This document shows positions 25,523-34,589 of a stretch of 43,991 nt of DNA, one piece after another (within the stretch, counting starts at the first letter, position 1; every line of letters starts with the position of its first letter). The position numbers and the translations under genes were made by a program. A model generated the notes under the pieces. That model was given only the letters and a program-made list of their open reading frames with translations, ran no database searches and was not told where the DNA came from. The DNA comes from Escherichia coli O157 typing phage 9: the sequence record KP869107. One strand, 5' to 3'.

Positions 25523-25848
25523 TCACCTCCGTTACCGTACAGAGTTTCAGCCGCTGATTTTTCTACATCCCCGGAAACAGGAGCGATCGCCATATCAGTG
25601 ATCTGCAGATCGGCGCTGCGATTAACGCCATCGTTAGTTTCTCTGGCAGACAGGCCTCGAATAACAGCCTTTGCAGTTATCATCACTTCCGTTCCGACGC
25701 CCTTAGGTTGCGCCTTCAGCTTATTCAATGTGTCGTTATTAAGAGTGATGCACAGCCCCCACGGGTATTCATCGCGAGTTCTGGTTTCTCCGCTCTCATC
25801 CTGGTAGCTGTCAGTGCCGGTTTTGAGGTTTACGAGTTCCATATACAC
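25519..25848 (-). CDS. Hypothetical head/tail-module protein
   Basis: 109 aa ORF, coupled to the downstream gene. Confidence 0.4.
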   Translation of the reverse strand: MYMELVNLKTGTDSYQDESGETRTRDEYPWGLCITLNNDTLNKLKAQPKGVGTEVMITAKAVIRGLSARETNDGVNRSADLQITDMAIAPVSGDVEKSAAETLYGNGGE

Positions 25849-25892
25849 TCCTGCAATAAAGGGGCCGAAGCCCCTTGTCTGATCCGCGAGGC

Positions 25893-26237
25893 TTACACGC
25901 CAAGTTCTTTACGCTTATCTGCGATCTTCTCGCGGAGCGTTTCGGCTTTGGCGTTATGGTGTGGCTTCTCGTTAAAGAGCAATTCGTACTCTTCACGGAG
26001 CTTATCCAGCTCACCATCATCTGACACATCGTTGATGATTTTGGTACTGGTTGCTGCCATTGACACCTTTCCTGCTACCTTTGCTTTTGCCTGTCTGGCT
26101 GCATCGTTAACAGGTTCCAGTGCGCTACCAGGCTCACCTTCGTATTCGATTTCTGCCCCCTCCGGCCACAGAGTGTTATGGATATGAGAGAGGCGCAGAA
26201 CGCGGTATCTTGGTTTCTCACCTGACATCGATATCAC
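25893..26237 (-). CDS. Hypothetical head-module protein
   Basis: 114 aa ORF. Confidence 0.4.
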   Translation of the reverse strand: MISMSGEKPRYRVLRLSHIHNTLWPEGAEIEYEGEPGSALEPVNDAARQAKAKVAGKVSMAATSTKIINDVSDDGELDKLREEYELLFNEKPHHNAKAETLREKIADKRKELGV

Positions 26238-26238
26238 C

Positions 26239-26676
26239 TTAACCAGTTACTTTTGAGCGGATCGGATACGGCGTATTGGCATCAACATCAAGACTGATAC
26301 CAGCAGTGAATTCGCCAGCCGTTAGTGGGCCAGTTGCGACGGAGTAGTTAACACGCAGATATCGCTGAACACCGGCAGGCACCTTTGCAGAAACAACTCG
26401 TTTACCTGCTGTCAGGGCGGTCTTTGCCAGTGCACCACTATCATAAATAGTGGTCCATGAGCTGTTATTCTCACTCGTCTGCAACTGGATGTTTACAGTT
26501 GCCTCACCACTTGCCGTGGCGGCTTCGTTAACCAGCGCCCAAAACTCAAGCGGGTAACCCACGCCGATATCACGACGTTTTCCGTCAATTGGACCGAGAT
26601 CGATTACGTCAGTAGAAGCCGCGGTATTCGTAACCGCCTGAGCTTCGGAGAACATCAACAGTTTGTCGGTGATCAT
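26239..26676 (-). CDS. Putative capsid decoration/accessory protein
   Basis: 145 aa ORF immediately after the major capsid gene; function inferred from position only. Confidence 0.35.
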   Translation of the reverse strand: MITDKLLMFSEAQAVTNTAASTDVIDLGPIDGKRRDIGVGYPLEFWALVNEAATASGEATVNIQLQTSENNSSWTTIYDSGALAKTALTAGKRVVSAKVPAGVQRYLRVNYSVATGPLTAGEFTAGISLDVDANTPYPIRSKVTG

Positions 26677-26727
26677 CTTCTTTCTCCATTAGTGGGTCTG
26701 TTACGACCCACAGGTTAATAACAGGCG

Positions 26728-27720
26728 TTACACCACGCGGGCTTCTGTTTCCAGAAGCGCATCAGTTTCACGGATTGGTACACCACGGAATGAAGTCCAC
26801 CACTCGCCTTCAGTCTCTTTTACGCTGATAGCCAGAGATGTTTTCTCCAGAGACTGCAGATCAAGAGCCTGGCCTACAGTGCGGTTCATGTAGAACACCG
26901 GGCGGCCCATGCCACGGTTTGGAATGCGATGCAGTGCTTTAACCATCAACTTCGCAATATTTGCGGCAGAGGAAGGTTCTGAAAGATTGCTGACATCGAT
27001 GTTTGCAATGCGAACAACATAACGCCAGTCACGCAGAGCAAGTCCGTTGTCCCATTTGTAATGGGTGCGATAGCCTTCGTACTTGCCGCCATTAGCATCT
27101 TCCAGTGTCACCTGGCCTTTATCTTCCATCTGGATGCCAGCCTTCTTCCCTTTCGGGAAGATGCCATGCACGGTGTTTTCGCCCCACACCACTAACCAGA
27201 TTGAGGTGTTATCTGTACCCGTGCCACCAGCATCAATGATGTTCTGAGCATTACCCGCAGACAGACTGGAATAGCGGGAGGACAGTCCCATAAACTGCTG
27301 AGGGTTAACGCTGGAATCACCATAAAACAGCGTCTGCGCCATCTGCTGATTCATCGCTTCAATAAATGCGCGGTCTTCAGACAGGCGGAATTCGGCGGTA
27401 TTGCCGTTCAAATCAGCCAGTGACTTATCGACTTCAGCATAGGTTTCCAGCATGCCAACGGAATCGGTGACCTGCACTGTGGTTGATTTGCTTGGCTGTA
27501 CACCATAGTTCAGCAAACGCCAGGTAGCTGAAGGTAAACCAGAACGAATGGTGGTTCGGTGTCCGGTAGGAAGGTTCCCTTCGACAAAAGGCATATCCTG
27601 AAGGATCGGGTTAGTTTGACCGAGAAGCTCGATAATCTTATCGACTTTCCCGTTTGGATCGACGCGCTTACCCCAGTCAGCCAGCGTTAGCGCAGTTAAG
27701 CCTTTAACAGCCATTGTCAT
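26728..27720 (-). CDS. Major capsid protein
   Basis: 330 aa; follows the scaffold gene; size and position typical of an epsilon15-like major capsid protein. Confidence 0.65.
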   Translation of the reverse strand: MTMAVKGLTALTLADWGKRVDPNGKVDKIIELLGQTNPILQDMPFVEGNLPTGHRTTIRSGLPSATWRLLNYGVQPSKSTTVQVTDSVGMLETYAEVDKSLADLNGNTAEFRLSEDRAFIEAMNQQMAQTLFYGDSSVNPQQFMGLSSRYSSLSAGNAQNIIDAGGTGTDNTSIWLVVWGENTVHGIFPKGKKAGIQMEDKGQVTLEDANGGKYEGYRTHYKWDNGLALRDWRYVVRIANIDVSNLSEPSSAANIAKLMVKALHRIPNRGMGRPVFYMNRTVGQALDLQSLEKTSLAISVKETEGEWWTSFRGVPIRETDALLETEARVV

Positions 27721-27728
27721 TTCCTCTC

Positions 27729-28430
27729 TTATTTGCCATAGAGCACTTCGGCCGCACTACGCTGGCCTTCATTACCACCGGTGACCATGCCATCTTCAGA
27801 CATCGCCTTTCCGATTTTCACGAACGTTTTGACCAGATCAGGGTGATTACCCAGCCCGGTGGTGTTCAGATATTCTTTGAGTTCAGGTGTCCCGAACTGG
27901 TCAAGCGCACGCTGTGCGGCGCTAAGGTTAGAAATCAACTTGTCGCCACCGATTTCTTTGTCAGCTTTTATATCCGCAGCCCACTGCTCGGTTGTTTTCT
28001 GCCAGGCTTCTGCCTGGCGCTGCTGAACACCTGCCAGAATCTTCGGATAAGCATCAACCAGCTTTTGCGCTTGCTCGTTGGTCAGGTTTAGTTCTCGAGC
28101 CACCGGCTCGAACTCCTTCAACGCTTCTGTATCCAGCTCTACGCCTTCGGCAGCCTGAAACTCGTACTTCTCAGGCGCACCCTCTGGTTTATCGCCGTCC
28201 TTTTTTTCATCCTGCTTATCGTTTTCAGACTTTTTGTCATCAGCAGGTTTATCGCCATCAGCAACAGGTTGTGGCTTATCACCTTCCTGTTGTGATGGAT
28301 CACCAACTGGAGCAGGGTTATCACCTGCAGGCGCTGACGGTTCTGACGCAGCCGGAACTACTCCACCATCGACTGGTTGCTCATTGCAAAGACGGCGATA
28401 CAGCAAACGCTCAAATAAACTCATGATCAC
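27729..28430 (-). CDS. Scaffolding protein
   Basis: 233 aa, highly acidic (Asp/Glu/Lys-rich, low complexity), between portal and capsid genes. Confidence 0.5.
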   Translation of the reverse strand: MIMSLFERLLYRRLCNEQPVDGGVVPAASEPSAPAGDNPAPVGDPSQQEGDKPQPVADGDKPADDKKSENDKQDEKKDGDKPEGAPEKYEFQAAEGVELDTEALKEFEPVARELNLTNEQAQKLVDAYPKILAGVQQRQAEAWQKTTEQWAADIKADKEIGGDKLISNLSAAQRALDQFGTPELKEYLNTTGLGNHPDLVKTFVKIGKAMSEDGMVTGGNEGQRSAAEVLYGK

Positions 28431-28723
28431 TCCTGTTCACTGGCCTCTTTGGCCATCTTCAAATACTGTTCAGGGCAATGCGCCATAACGCGCTGAAACA
28501 GTTCCAGCGCCAGATTGCGTTGCCCCTCATTAAATGCCATTGCCATAGCGTCCATCGGCGAGATAGCGGAAAACACACGGCCTTTCTCCAGTACCGACCA
28601 GACAACCCGACGCCCCTGTTCACAGCTCATGACAAAGCGAATGTCATCAATTTCACGCTGTGCCATGTCACGTTGCTTACGGGCGTTTTCTTCTTTCAGT
28701 TGATCGTCTTCGTAATCTGTCAT
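28427..28723 (-). CDS. Hypothetical small protein after portal
   Basis: 98 aa ORF coupled to portal. Confidence 0.4.
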   Translation of the reverse strand: MTDYEDDQLKEENARKQRDMAQREIDDIRFVMSCEQGRRVVWSVLEKGRVFSAISPMDAMAMAFNEGQRNLALELFQRVMAHCPEQYLKMAKEASEQE

Positions 28724-30399
28724 TGTGATTGCCCACCCTGACCACTAACTGCATTCGCCATAGCTGACAAAACACTCGGATCCGAAGTTTTAGCTTCGCT
28801 TAGCGTCTTGACCCCCTGTGCCGCCGCCATCCCCATCGCCATCATTTGTTGCTGCTGTTGCTGCTGTGCCCGTTGCTGGCGAGCCTGCTCAACCTGTTCC
28901 TGCGGAACAATGACGGTTGGAGACACTCCGGACATATCAGCGAATGCATCGATCGCCTGATCAACGTTGAGTTTGTCGAGAGCTTCTGGTTTCACTTGCG
29001 CAAGTTGACCAATGAAGTTGACCGTAGACGCCAGACTGGACAGGCCGATAGACTTCTGCGCCTGAGCCATGACGGAAATGTATTCGACCTTCAGGGGCAT
29101 ACCTTCCATCACGTCTGGCGGTGGCGGCAGCATGTTTTTACGCACCATCATCGAGAAAGAGCGATCAATGAGAGGATTAAGACATTCGTCGTTCAGGCGC
29201 TCCAGAACCGGCCCCAACATCAGAAGTTTTTCTTCTTTCATTTCGATCACCGCTTCAACAGGCATTGAGCGGGTATTGATGTTCTGCAACATCATGAACA
29301 GATCGACAAAGTAGGCGCTGTTAATGATTTGACGAGTGTCCTGAATGTCTGCTACCAAATCTGCTGTACTGGGGTTAACCAGATAAGCAGGCCTGAAGCC
29401 ATCCTGACCAGTAATCTGATCGATATACGTGATGTCGCCAGGAAGAAGGGAGGCGCGCTGATTCTTGAGGGAAGTCGGAGCAACCATCGGCGGATTGGTG
29501 GCTTTATCAATCAACTGCGACTTGCGCTTCTGGAGAAGCTGCAATGCCTTAACAGGTCCAAGCGCCAGCATACCCGGGCATGATGATCCATAAACATCTT
29601 CGCCATTAACTTCCCAGCGCGGAGCCATAATTGGAAACTCATCGAATCCGGACTCACGCAACAACTTGTCGTTATCGCCACCAACCTCGTAATAAACCGA
29701 TTTGAATGGCTTGTTCTTGCTATCCAGCTTCGATGTATCGCGGTCAATGTTCGGGTAAACCGAATGCATCACTTCAATCCACTTCTCGTAGGTGCCGCTT
29801 TCCCACATGCTTTTTACGGATTCGCTGACGTTATTTAGTCCGAACTCCTGAACAAGCTGACGAACAGTCATAGAGAACTTGCGAAAACAGGTGTCCACAC
29901 TGCCACGAGGTGAGTTAGCCAGGTAGTAACTGCCTATCGGGAATGGCATTGTACGAATGATGTCCTCGTCATCATCCAGCACCGCCATTGCGCCAGTGCT
30001 GTATGTGCCGAGGCTTCCGTATAACTGCGGCAGCGACTGATAGAGATTCGACTTATTGAACATATCGTTCATGCGGTTCTGCACCGCCTCAAGCCACAAC
30101 TTAACAGGGCCATAATCCATCATTTCAGGATCTGGCGTAGCCAGGCGAAACCACGGACGCGCGGGGCTTGTGATGCCTGACATCATGCCGCTGGCGAGAG
30201 TGCGCGCCGCCATAGTCCCGGTCGAATCAATAATGCGTGTATTGCGTCGATCGTTACGGTTGACCTCAGAAGTCAGAAAGCGGGAACCACGCGGGTTGAT
30301 GTAATCACTCAACTCGCGCCAGTGCGGCTCGAACGACTGACGCTCGCTTTCAAGTTGTGCGAACTGTTTGTTCAATCGCTCTTTAGTTGTTTCCGCCAT
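28720..30399 (-). CDS. Portal (head-tail connector) protein, T7 gp8-like
   Basis: 559 aa; ATG with GGAG RBS; Gln/Ala-rich C-terminus (QQRAQQQQQQQMMAMGMAAAQG) characteristic of gp8-type portals. Confidence 0.75.
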   Translation of the reverse strand: MAETTKERLNKQFAQLESERQSFEPHWRELSDYINPRGSRFLTSEVNRNDRRNTRIIDSTGTMAARTLASGMMSGITSPARPWFRLATPDPEMMDYGPVKLWLEAVQNRMNDMFNKSNLYQSLPQLYGSLGTYSTGAMAVLDDDEDIIRTMPFPIGSYYLANSPRGSVDTCFRKFSMTVRQLVQEFGLNNVSESVKSMWESGTYEKWIEVMHSVYPNIDRDTSKLDSKNKPFKSVYYEVGGDNDKLLRESGFDEFPIMAPRWEVNGEDVYGSSCPGMLALGPVKALQLLQKRKSQLIDKATNPPMVAPTSLKNQRASLLPGDITYIDQITGQDGFRPAYLVNPSTADLVADIQDTRQIINSAYFVDLFMMLQNINTRSMPVEAVIEMKEEKLLMLGPVLERLNDECLNPLIDRSFSMMVRKNMLPPPPDVMEGMPLKVEYISVMAQAQKSIGLSSLASTVNFIGQLAQVKPEALDKLNVDQAIDAFADMSGVSPTVIVPQEQVEQARQQRAQQQQQQQMMAMGMAAAQGVKTLSEAKTSDPSVLSAMANAVSGQGGQSQ

Positions 30400-30413
30400 T
30401 TCAATGACTCCGG

Positions 30414-30620
30414 TTACTGACCAAGCAGCGTTTTACCGCTGGTATTAGCGGTTGATGTGTCGCCCTGAGAACCGGTAAGCAGCGTAGAACTACGACCAGC
30501 AGCAGCGCGACGGCGACGTGTTTCTTCGTCGCGGGCATCAACAACGGCGGCATCCTGCTCCTGTGGTGCTGCCTGAACTTCTGGTGTTGCAGGCACTGAT
30601 GGTGAGCTACCCATGCACAT
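30414..30620 (-). CDS. Hypothetical small protein preceding portal
   Basis: 68 aa; GGAG RBS identical in context to the portal RBS. Confidence 0.35.
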   Translation of the reverse strand: MCMGSSPSVPATPEVQAAPQEQDAAVVDARDEETRRRRAAAGRSSTLLTGSQGDTSTANTSGKTLLGQ

Positions 30621-30688
30621 ATCAATGACTCCGTACGCAATTAAATTATTACCAATTTAACCACATATGATTTATTTATCGTAGATAG

Positions 30689-30725
30689 TTGACATTTAAC
30701 GCACGAATTATTACCTTTCAGGTAA
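30689..30725. promoter_or_regulatory. TTGACA plus perfect TTACC-N5-GGTAA site
   Basis: gttgacatttaacgcacgaattaTTACCtttcaGGTAA; same architecture as the site at 1983-2024. Confidence 0.4.
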
Positions 30726-31047
30726 GCAAAGAGTTCATTCCGGTTATTAACCTGACTGGCTTGTCGTTAAATTGAACAGGTGGAGTGAGCTTTTATTTTG
30801 AGCAGTACGGCGTATGGCACATGCGCCGATAGCGGTCTGGATACGTTTAAGGGGCACCCTCCCTTGCTCGAGCAAACGAACCAGGTAGCCGGAATGTGCA
30901 AGTCGAGCGGTTTTATTCCGCGCACGGGGATTCACCATCCCGGCGATTCGGTGTGACGCCTCGGAAGAGACGAGGGTACAACGATGAGAGCATTTATGGA
31001 GCCGCGACAAAGTGTGGCGCCTTAACAGGCTAAGTGCTCTCAGCGTT

Positions 31048-31124
31048 GTGGCATTAGCTCAGTTGGACAGAGCAACCGCCTTCTAAGCGGTTGGTCGCAG
31101 GTTCGAATCCTGCATGCCACGCCA
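31048..31124 (+). tRNA. tRNA-Arg (anticodon TCT)
   Basis: Cloverleaf read by eye: acceptor gtggcat/atgccac, D-loop tagctcagttgg, anticodon loop cttctaa, T-loop ggttcgaatcc, 3' CCA. Confidence 0.8.
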
Positions 31125-31286
31125 GAATCACGCCTAAGGACCGTGATGCCAGAAGTTCCAGGGGCTTGGCGGTGATGGTTTCCCTTGAAGGACTATCACC
31201 GCCCTTTTTACAGCAGGACGCCATTGCGATGACTTCATGCTGTAAACCAGTACAGCCACGGAAGGCATAACTCATTGCTTCCAGTT

Positions 31287-31311
31287 CGCCCGGTTCGCCG
31301 GGCATTTTTTT
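31287..31311 (+). terminator. Rho-independent terminator downstream of the tRNA
   Basis: gcccgg-ttcg-ccgggc followed by attttttt. Confidence 0.5.
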
Positions 31312-31327
31312 AAGGTGAGATCAGACT

Positions 31328-31699
31328 ATGAGTGACAAAGACATTGAATCTGAAATTCAGGCTAAAGGTTTAGCCGCGCCGCGCGTTACGCCAGACCATA
31401 TCGAGAGCATTATTGCTCAGGAGGCATATTTCACAGCAGAAGATGGTGTCTTTGGCGTAGCCATAAAAGCGAAACATACTGGCGGAGAGGTAAACTACCA
31501 GCCGCACGAATCACTTTCTCTGCTGACGTTCTGCGTTCTGGTGCTGCGCAACGGCTTCACCGTCACCGGAGAGAGCGCCTGTGCAAGCCCGGAAAACTTT
31601 GATGCGGAAATTGGTCGGAAGATTGCCCGGCAGAATGCTGCAAACAAAATCTGGATGCTTGAAGGTTACTTGCTGAAGCAGAAGTTAAGCGAGCAATAA
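31328..31699 (+). CDS. Hypothetical phage protein (possibly N4 gp49 / Sf6 gp66-like family)
   Basis: 123 aa; AAGGTGAG RBS; C-terminal GESACASPENFDAEIGRKIARQNAANKIWMLEGYLLK resembles that family from memory, not verified. Confidence 0.4.
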   Translation: MSDKDIESEIQAKGLAAPRVTPDHIESIIAQEAYFTAEDGVFGVAIKAKHTGGEVNYQPHESLSLLTFCVLVLRNGFTVTGESACASPENFDAEIGRKIARQNAANKIWMLEGYLLKQKLSEQ

Positions 31700-31715
31700 C
31701 ACCGTGACATGTCAC

Positions 31716-31748
31716 AAACAGCCAGCCGATGAGCTGGCTTTGTTTTAT
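31716..31748 (+). terminator. Hairpin terminator after the 31328 gene
   Basis: agccagc-cgatga-gctggct followed by ttgtttt; immediately preceded by palindrome GTGACATGTCAC. Confidence 0.4.
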
Positions 31749-31789
31749 CCTCACCAGAGGATATCTCCGTCATTATCCCCGCTAACGGA

Positions 31790-33265
31790 TTAAGCATAGG
31801 GATCGTAATCTGTAATGGCCTTGCCTTGCTGGTTCTGCTGCCCGGGAATTCGCAGACGCTTAGACACAGGGAACGCAAACGTCAGCAGTAGCGCATCGCC
31901 TTTACCCGGCGAACGCCCAAGCCGCTCCTTGATATCTTCCTTCGGTTCGATAACGATTTTACCGTCCACTCGAACTTTGTACTCTGCCGTCGACAGGTCG
32001 TCCGCTGTTTCCTGGTCATCCAGCATCCCGCCCAGCCTCAGCCATGTCTTGCATGAGTTGAACATCTCCCCACGCTTGTTGAGCATCTGCGGGTCAGTAG
32101 ACGCGCCACCGAACGGAACAAGTTGCCATGTACGACCCCAGCCGTCACCGATTGACTTCAGACCAGTTCCGTAACCGAAGTCGATGAACACTGCGTCAGC
32201 CTGGTACTGGTCTTCAAAGTCAGCGATACGCTTCGCCATAATCAGATCGTCAGTGGTCTTGTTGCCAGTCCACAGCACCTTACTGTGCAGCCCCTGCCGC
32301 AGGTATATCACAGCGTCATCAACGCCGGAGTATGCCGGGTCAACGCCGATTATCACCGGAGCATGTGCAACCTGCGCAGCGGTTACCACCCGTTTCATTG
32401 CCTCGTCAGTAAGGCCGGTAGGGATAAACTGCAATTCAGATGCATCCGGGAATATGCCGCGCACACGGATTTTAACGAAGTCGCTGCCTTCCCCGTAGTC
32501 ATCAACCCATTTCTGCAACTGCTGTTTGTTAGTGCCTTCCACCGTCCGGCTGTCAATCTGCGCAGTTTTCCAGCGGTGTTTATATTTGCGGAAACATTCG
32601 CGGAAACGCCCGGTGTTACGTGTAGGGTTTCCGAATGCCACCCAGATAATCTCAGTGTCTTCGTCCGTCAGCGCACCCTCTGCTACCTCCCACACCAGAT
32701 CGGCAATGTTGGATGCTTCGTCGAATACCACGATGATGCGTTTGCGCTCGTTGTGTAGTCCGGCGAATGCCTCAGTGTTGTGCTCAGACCAGGGGATTGC
32801 GTCAGCTCGCCACCGCTTGTCGTGCCCAGGGTCATTGCTGTACATCGCGGTAGCGGTACAGGTAAACCAGTCTTTCGTGATAGCAAGGTTCGACCACTTG
32901 ATAATTTCCGGCCAGGTCTTCGTTCGTAGCTGGTTGTCGGTGTTGGCGGTCACCACGACCTTACAATCCTCGCAAGTGGACATGCCCCAGTTGATCAGCA
33001 TTGAGATGAATGCGGATTTACCAATACCGTGACCCGAAGCGCGTGCCAGCATAAGCGGCTGATAGCGCGTCTCTGGATTCTGCAGGTGATCACGTATCTC
33101 TCGGAACGCATCAGCCTGCCACTGACGTGGACCGGTGGCATGTGCTAATTCAGTCCCCTCTTCCCCCCACGGGAACGCATAGAGGGCATAGCCAAGCGGA
33201 TCGTGAGTGAACCCTGCAATATCCTCGATCAACTGCTCTTCAGGAGATAACGCTGTATCTGTCAC
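31790..33265 (-). CDS. terL: Terminase large subunit
   Basis: 491 aa; Walker A-like ARASGHGIGKSAF; classic ATPase plus nuclease two-domain length; GTG start overlapping the TerS stop. Confidence 0.85.
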   Translation of the reverse strand: MTDTALSPEEQLIEDIAGFTHDPLGYALYAFPWGEEGTELAHATGPRQWQADAFREIRDHLQNPETRYQPLMLARASGHGIGKSAFISMLINWGMSTCEDCKVVVTANTDNQLRTKTWPEIIKWSNLAITKDWFTCTATAMYSNDPGHDKRWRADAIPWSEHNTEAFAGLHNERKRIIVVFDEASNIADLVWEVAEGALTDEDTEIIWVAFGNPTRNTGRFRECFRKYKHRWKTAQIDSRTVEGTNKQQLQKWVDDYGEGSDFVKIRVRGIFPDASELQFIPTGLTDEAMKRVVTAAQVAHAPVIIGVDPAYSGVDDAVIYLRQGLHSKVLWTGNKTTDDLIMAKRIADFEDQYQADAVFIDFGYGTGLKSIGDGWGRTWQLVPFGGASTDPQMLNKRGEMFNSCKTWLRLGGMLDDQETADDLSTAEYKVRVDGKIVIEPKEDIKERLGRSPGKGDALLLTFAFPVSKRLRIPGQQNQQGKAITDYDPYA

Positions 33266-33858
33266 TGATTACCATCCTGACGTTCTTTGAGTCGCTTCCT
33301 GGCTGCCGCTATGCGATCAGCAATTGTCACATTCACATTAACATCCAGGCGTTCTTTGAATGCGTTGACGTCGACGTGCTTACCAATCAGTTCGAGGTTC
33401 TTCACCTTGTCAGGCCATTTAATTTTTTTGAGGATTGTCTCTATCGAATCCTCGTTCATGTTCATGATGGTCGATGACAGATCAAAGCCACTAAGCGTAG
33501 TGCGCCAGATTTTCGGCCACTCACGGATTGGTTTAAGGCTCCCATCGTCGTTGAGGATATCGATCACGTCCATCTGGTCGATCTCCACCAGGCGCATGAG
33601 AACGTAATCAGCACTGACGCGCATTCGTTTGTTGCGCTCCTCCATCAACTCGGCAATCCGTTTTTGAATGCGTTCATCGCGCATCATGACACTGGCTTTA
33701 ACTGCCGCTGTATTTGGGGAGAATCCTGCGTTAATCGCTGCCTGAGTCTGGTTTTCAGGCGTTTTGATGTATGACTGGCAATAAGCCTCCTGCATTGCTG
33801 TGAGCGGCTTAAATTGCGTTGATTTGCGTTTATAGGTTTTAGGTTCAGCAGGCATCAT
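33262..33858 (-). CDS. terS: Terminase small subunit
   Basis: About 198 aa from ATG 33858 (GGTGG RBS); directly upstream of TerL. Confidence 0.6.
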   Translation of the reverse strand: MMPAEPKTYKRKSTQFKPLTAMQEAYCQSYIKTPENQTQAAINAGFSPNTAAVKASVMMRDERIQKRIAELMEERNKRMRVSADYVLMRLVEIDQMDVIDILNDDGSLKPIREWPKIWRTTLSGFDLSSTIMNMNEDSIETILKKIKWPDKVKNLELIGKHVDVNAFKERLDVNVNVTIADRIAAARKRLKERQDGNQ

Positions 33859-33862
33859 AACC

Positions 33863-33897
33863 ACCGTGGTAATAGTTACCGTTGTGGTAATAGTACC
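33863..33897. promoter_or_regulatory. Tandem 17-bp direct repeats containing GGTAATAG(T)TACC immediately upstream of terS
   Basis: ccgtggtaatagttacc / gttgtggtaatagtacc read directly. Confidence 0.4.
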
Positions 33898-33901
33898 ATG
33901 C

Positions 33902-33927
33902 AAAATAAAGCCGCCATAGTTGGCGGC
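33902..33927 (-). terminator. Rho-independent terminator between the early/middle genes and the late (terminase) operon
   Basis: gccgcca-tagt-tggcggc with T-rich tract on the minus strand. Confidence 0.5.
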
Positions 33928-33976
33928 AGTATTCAAAACCCATCAAATTCATCATGCATAATCTACTCGTAACATG

Positions 33977-34315
33977 TCACACTATTAATTTCGTTTCATG
34001 CCAGCCTTTAGTCACCCAGCATTGCGAGTCACCATTACACGGGCATGAATTAACTGGAACTCTCTCGCCGCACTTACCGCAACGTTTTCTGCTGATCGAT
34101 TTTATACGCCCGTGCACGCGTGCATCATCCTGGCGGATCAGTAACGCTATATACTCACCAAATTCGTAAGGCGCACGCCCGGGGCGACGCGTAGCACAGT
34201 TACGCTCCAGCATTTCAATTTCCTGAGCATCAAGCACAATTTCCAGCTTACGCACACCAGATGCAGCTTGTCTGGCTCTCTGAGCGGCTTTGCGCTCTGC
34301 TGCTGATTTAGCCAT
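33977..34315 (-). CDS. Small protein with RHH-like N-terminus and C-terminal Cys cluster (candidate regulator)
   Basis: ATG at 34315 with AAGGT RBS; RKLEIVLDAQEIEMLER (strand-helix pattern) and CGKCGERVPVNSCPC. Confidence 0.4.
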   Translation of the reverse strand: MAKSAAERKAAQRARQAASGVRKLEIVLDAQEIEMLERNCATRRPGRAPYEFGEYIALLIRQDDARVHGRIKSISRKRCGKCGERVPVNSCPCNGDSQCWVTKGWHETKLIV

Positions 34316-34589
34316 CAATATTTACCTTTATCGCGTATACCTTTACCGGTTTATCGCCGAAGTGCGGATGTGTGATTGTCTTGATTTCATATCCGTCATA
34401 CGGAACATCAATTCTACGGCTGGAATCGTCGCGCTTCGGATATCCCTTTGTGATAATCAGGCGGTCATACTCCCGGAACATAATTCGCTTATTCCAGTAG
34501 TCATTACACAGGCGATACTCTTCCGTTTTCTCTCCGCGAATCATGGCATCGAAGTATTCACCTTTGACGGCAAGTTGCAGGTTAGCCAC
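34308..34589 (-). CDS. ASCH-like domain protein
   Basis: 93 aa; AVKGEYFDAMIRGEKTEEYR...LIITKGY pattern; GTG start with GGAGG RBS. Confidence 0.45.
   Translation of the reverse strand: MANLQLAVKGEYFDAMIRGEKTEEYRLCNDYWNKRIMFREYDRLIITKGYPKRDDSSRRIDVPYDGYEIKTITHPHFGDKPVKVYAIKVNIDG

Noticed and set aside
30747-31010. 87-aa minus-strand ORF in the tRNA leader
   Set aside because: No RBS, lies within the GC-rich leader upstream of the tRNA on the opposite strand; composition-driven.
31054-31305. 83-aa minus-strand ORF
   Set aside because: Overlaps the tRNA-Arg gene and its terminator; the tRNA cloverleaf is a far better explanation of the sequence.
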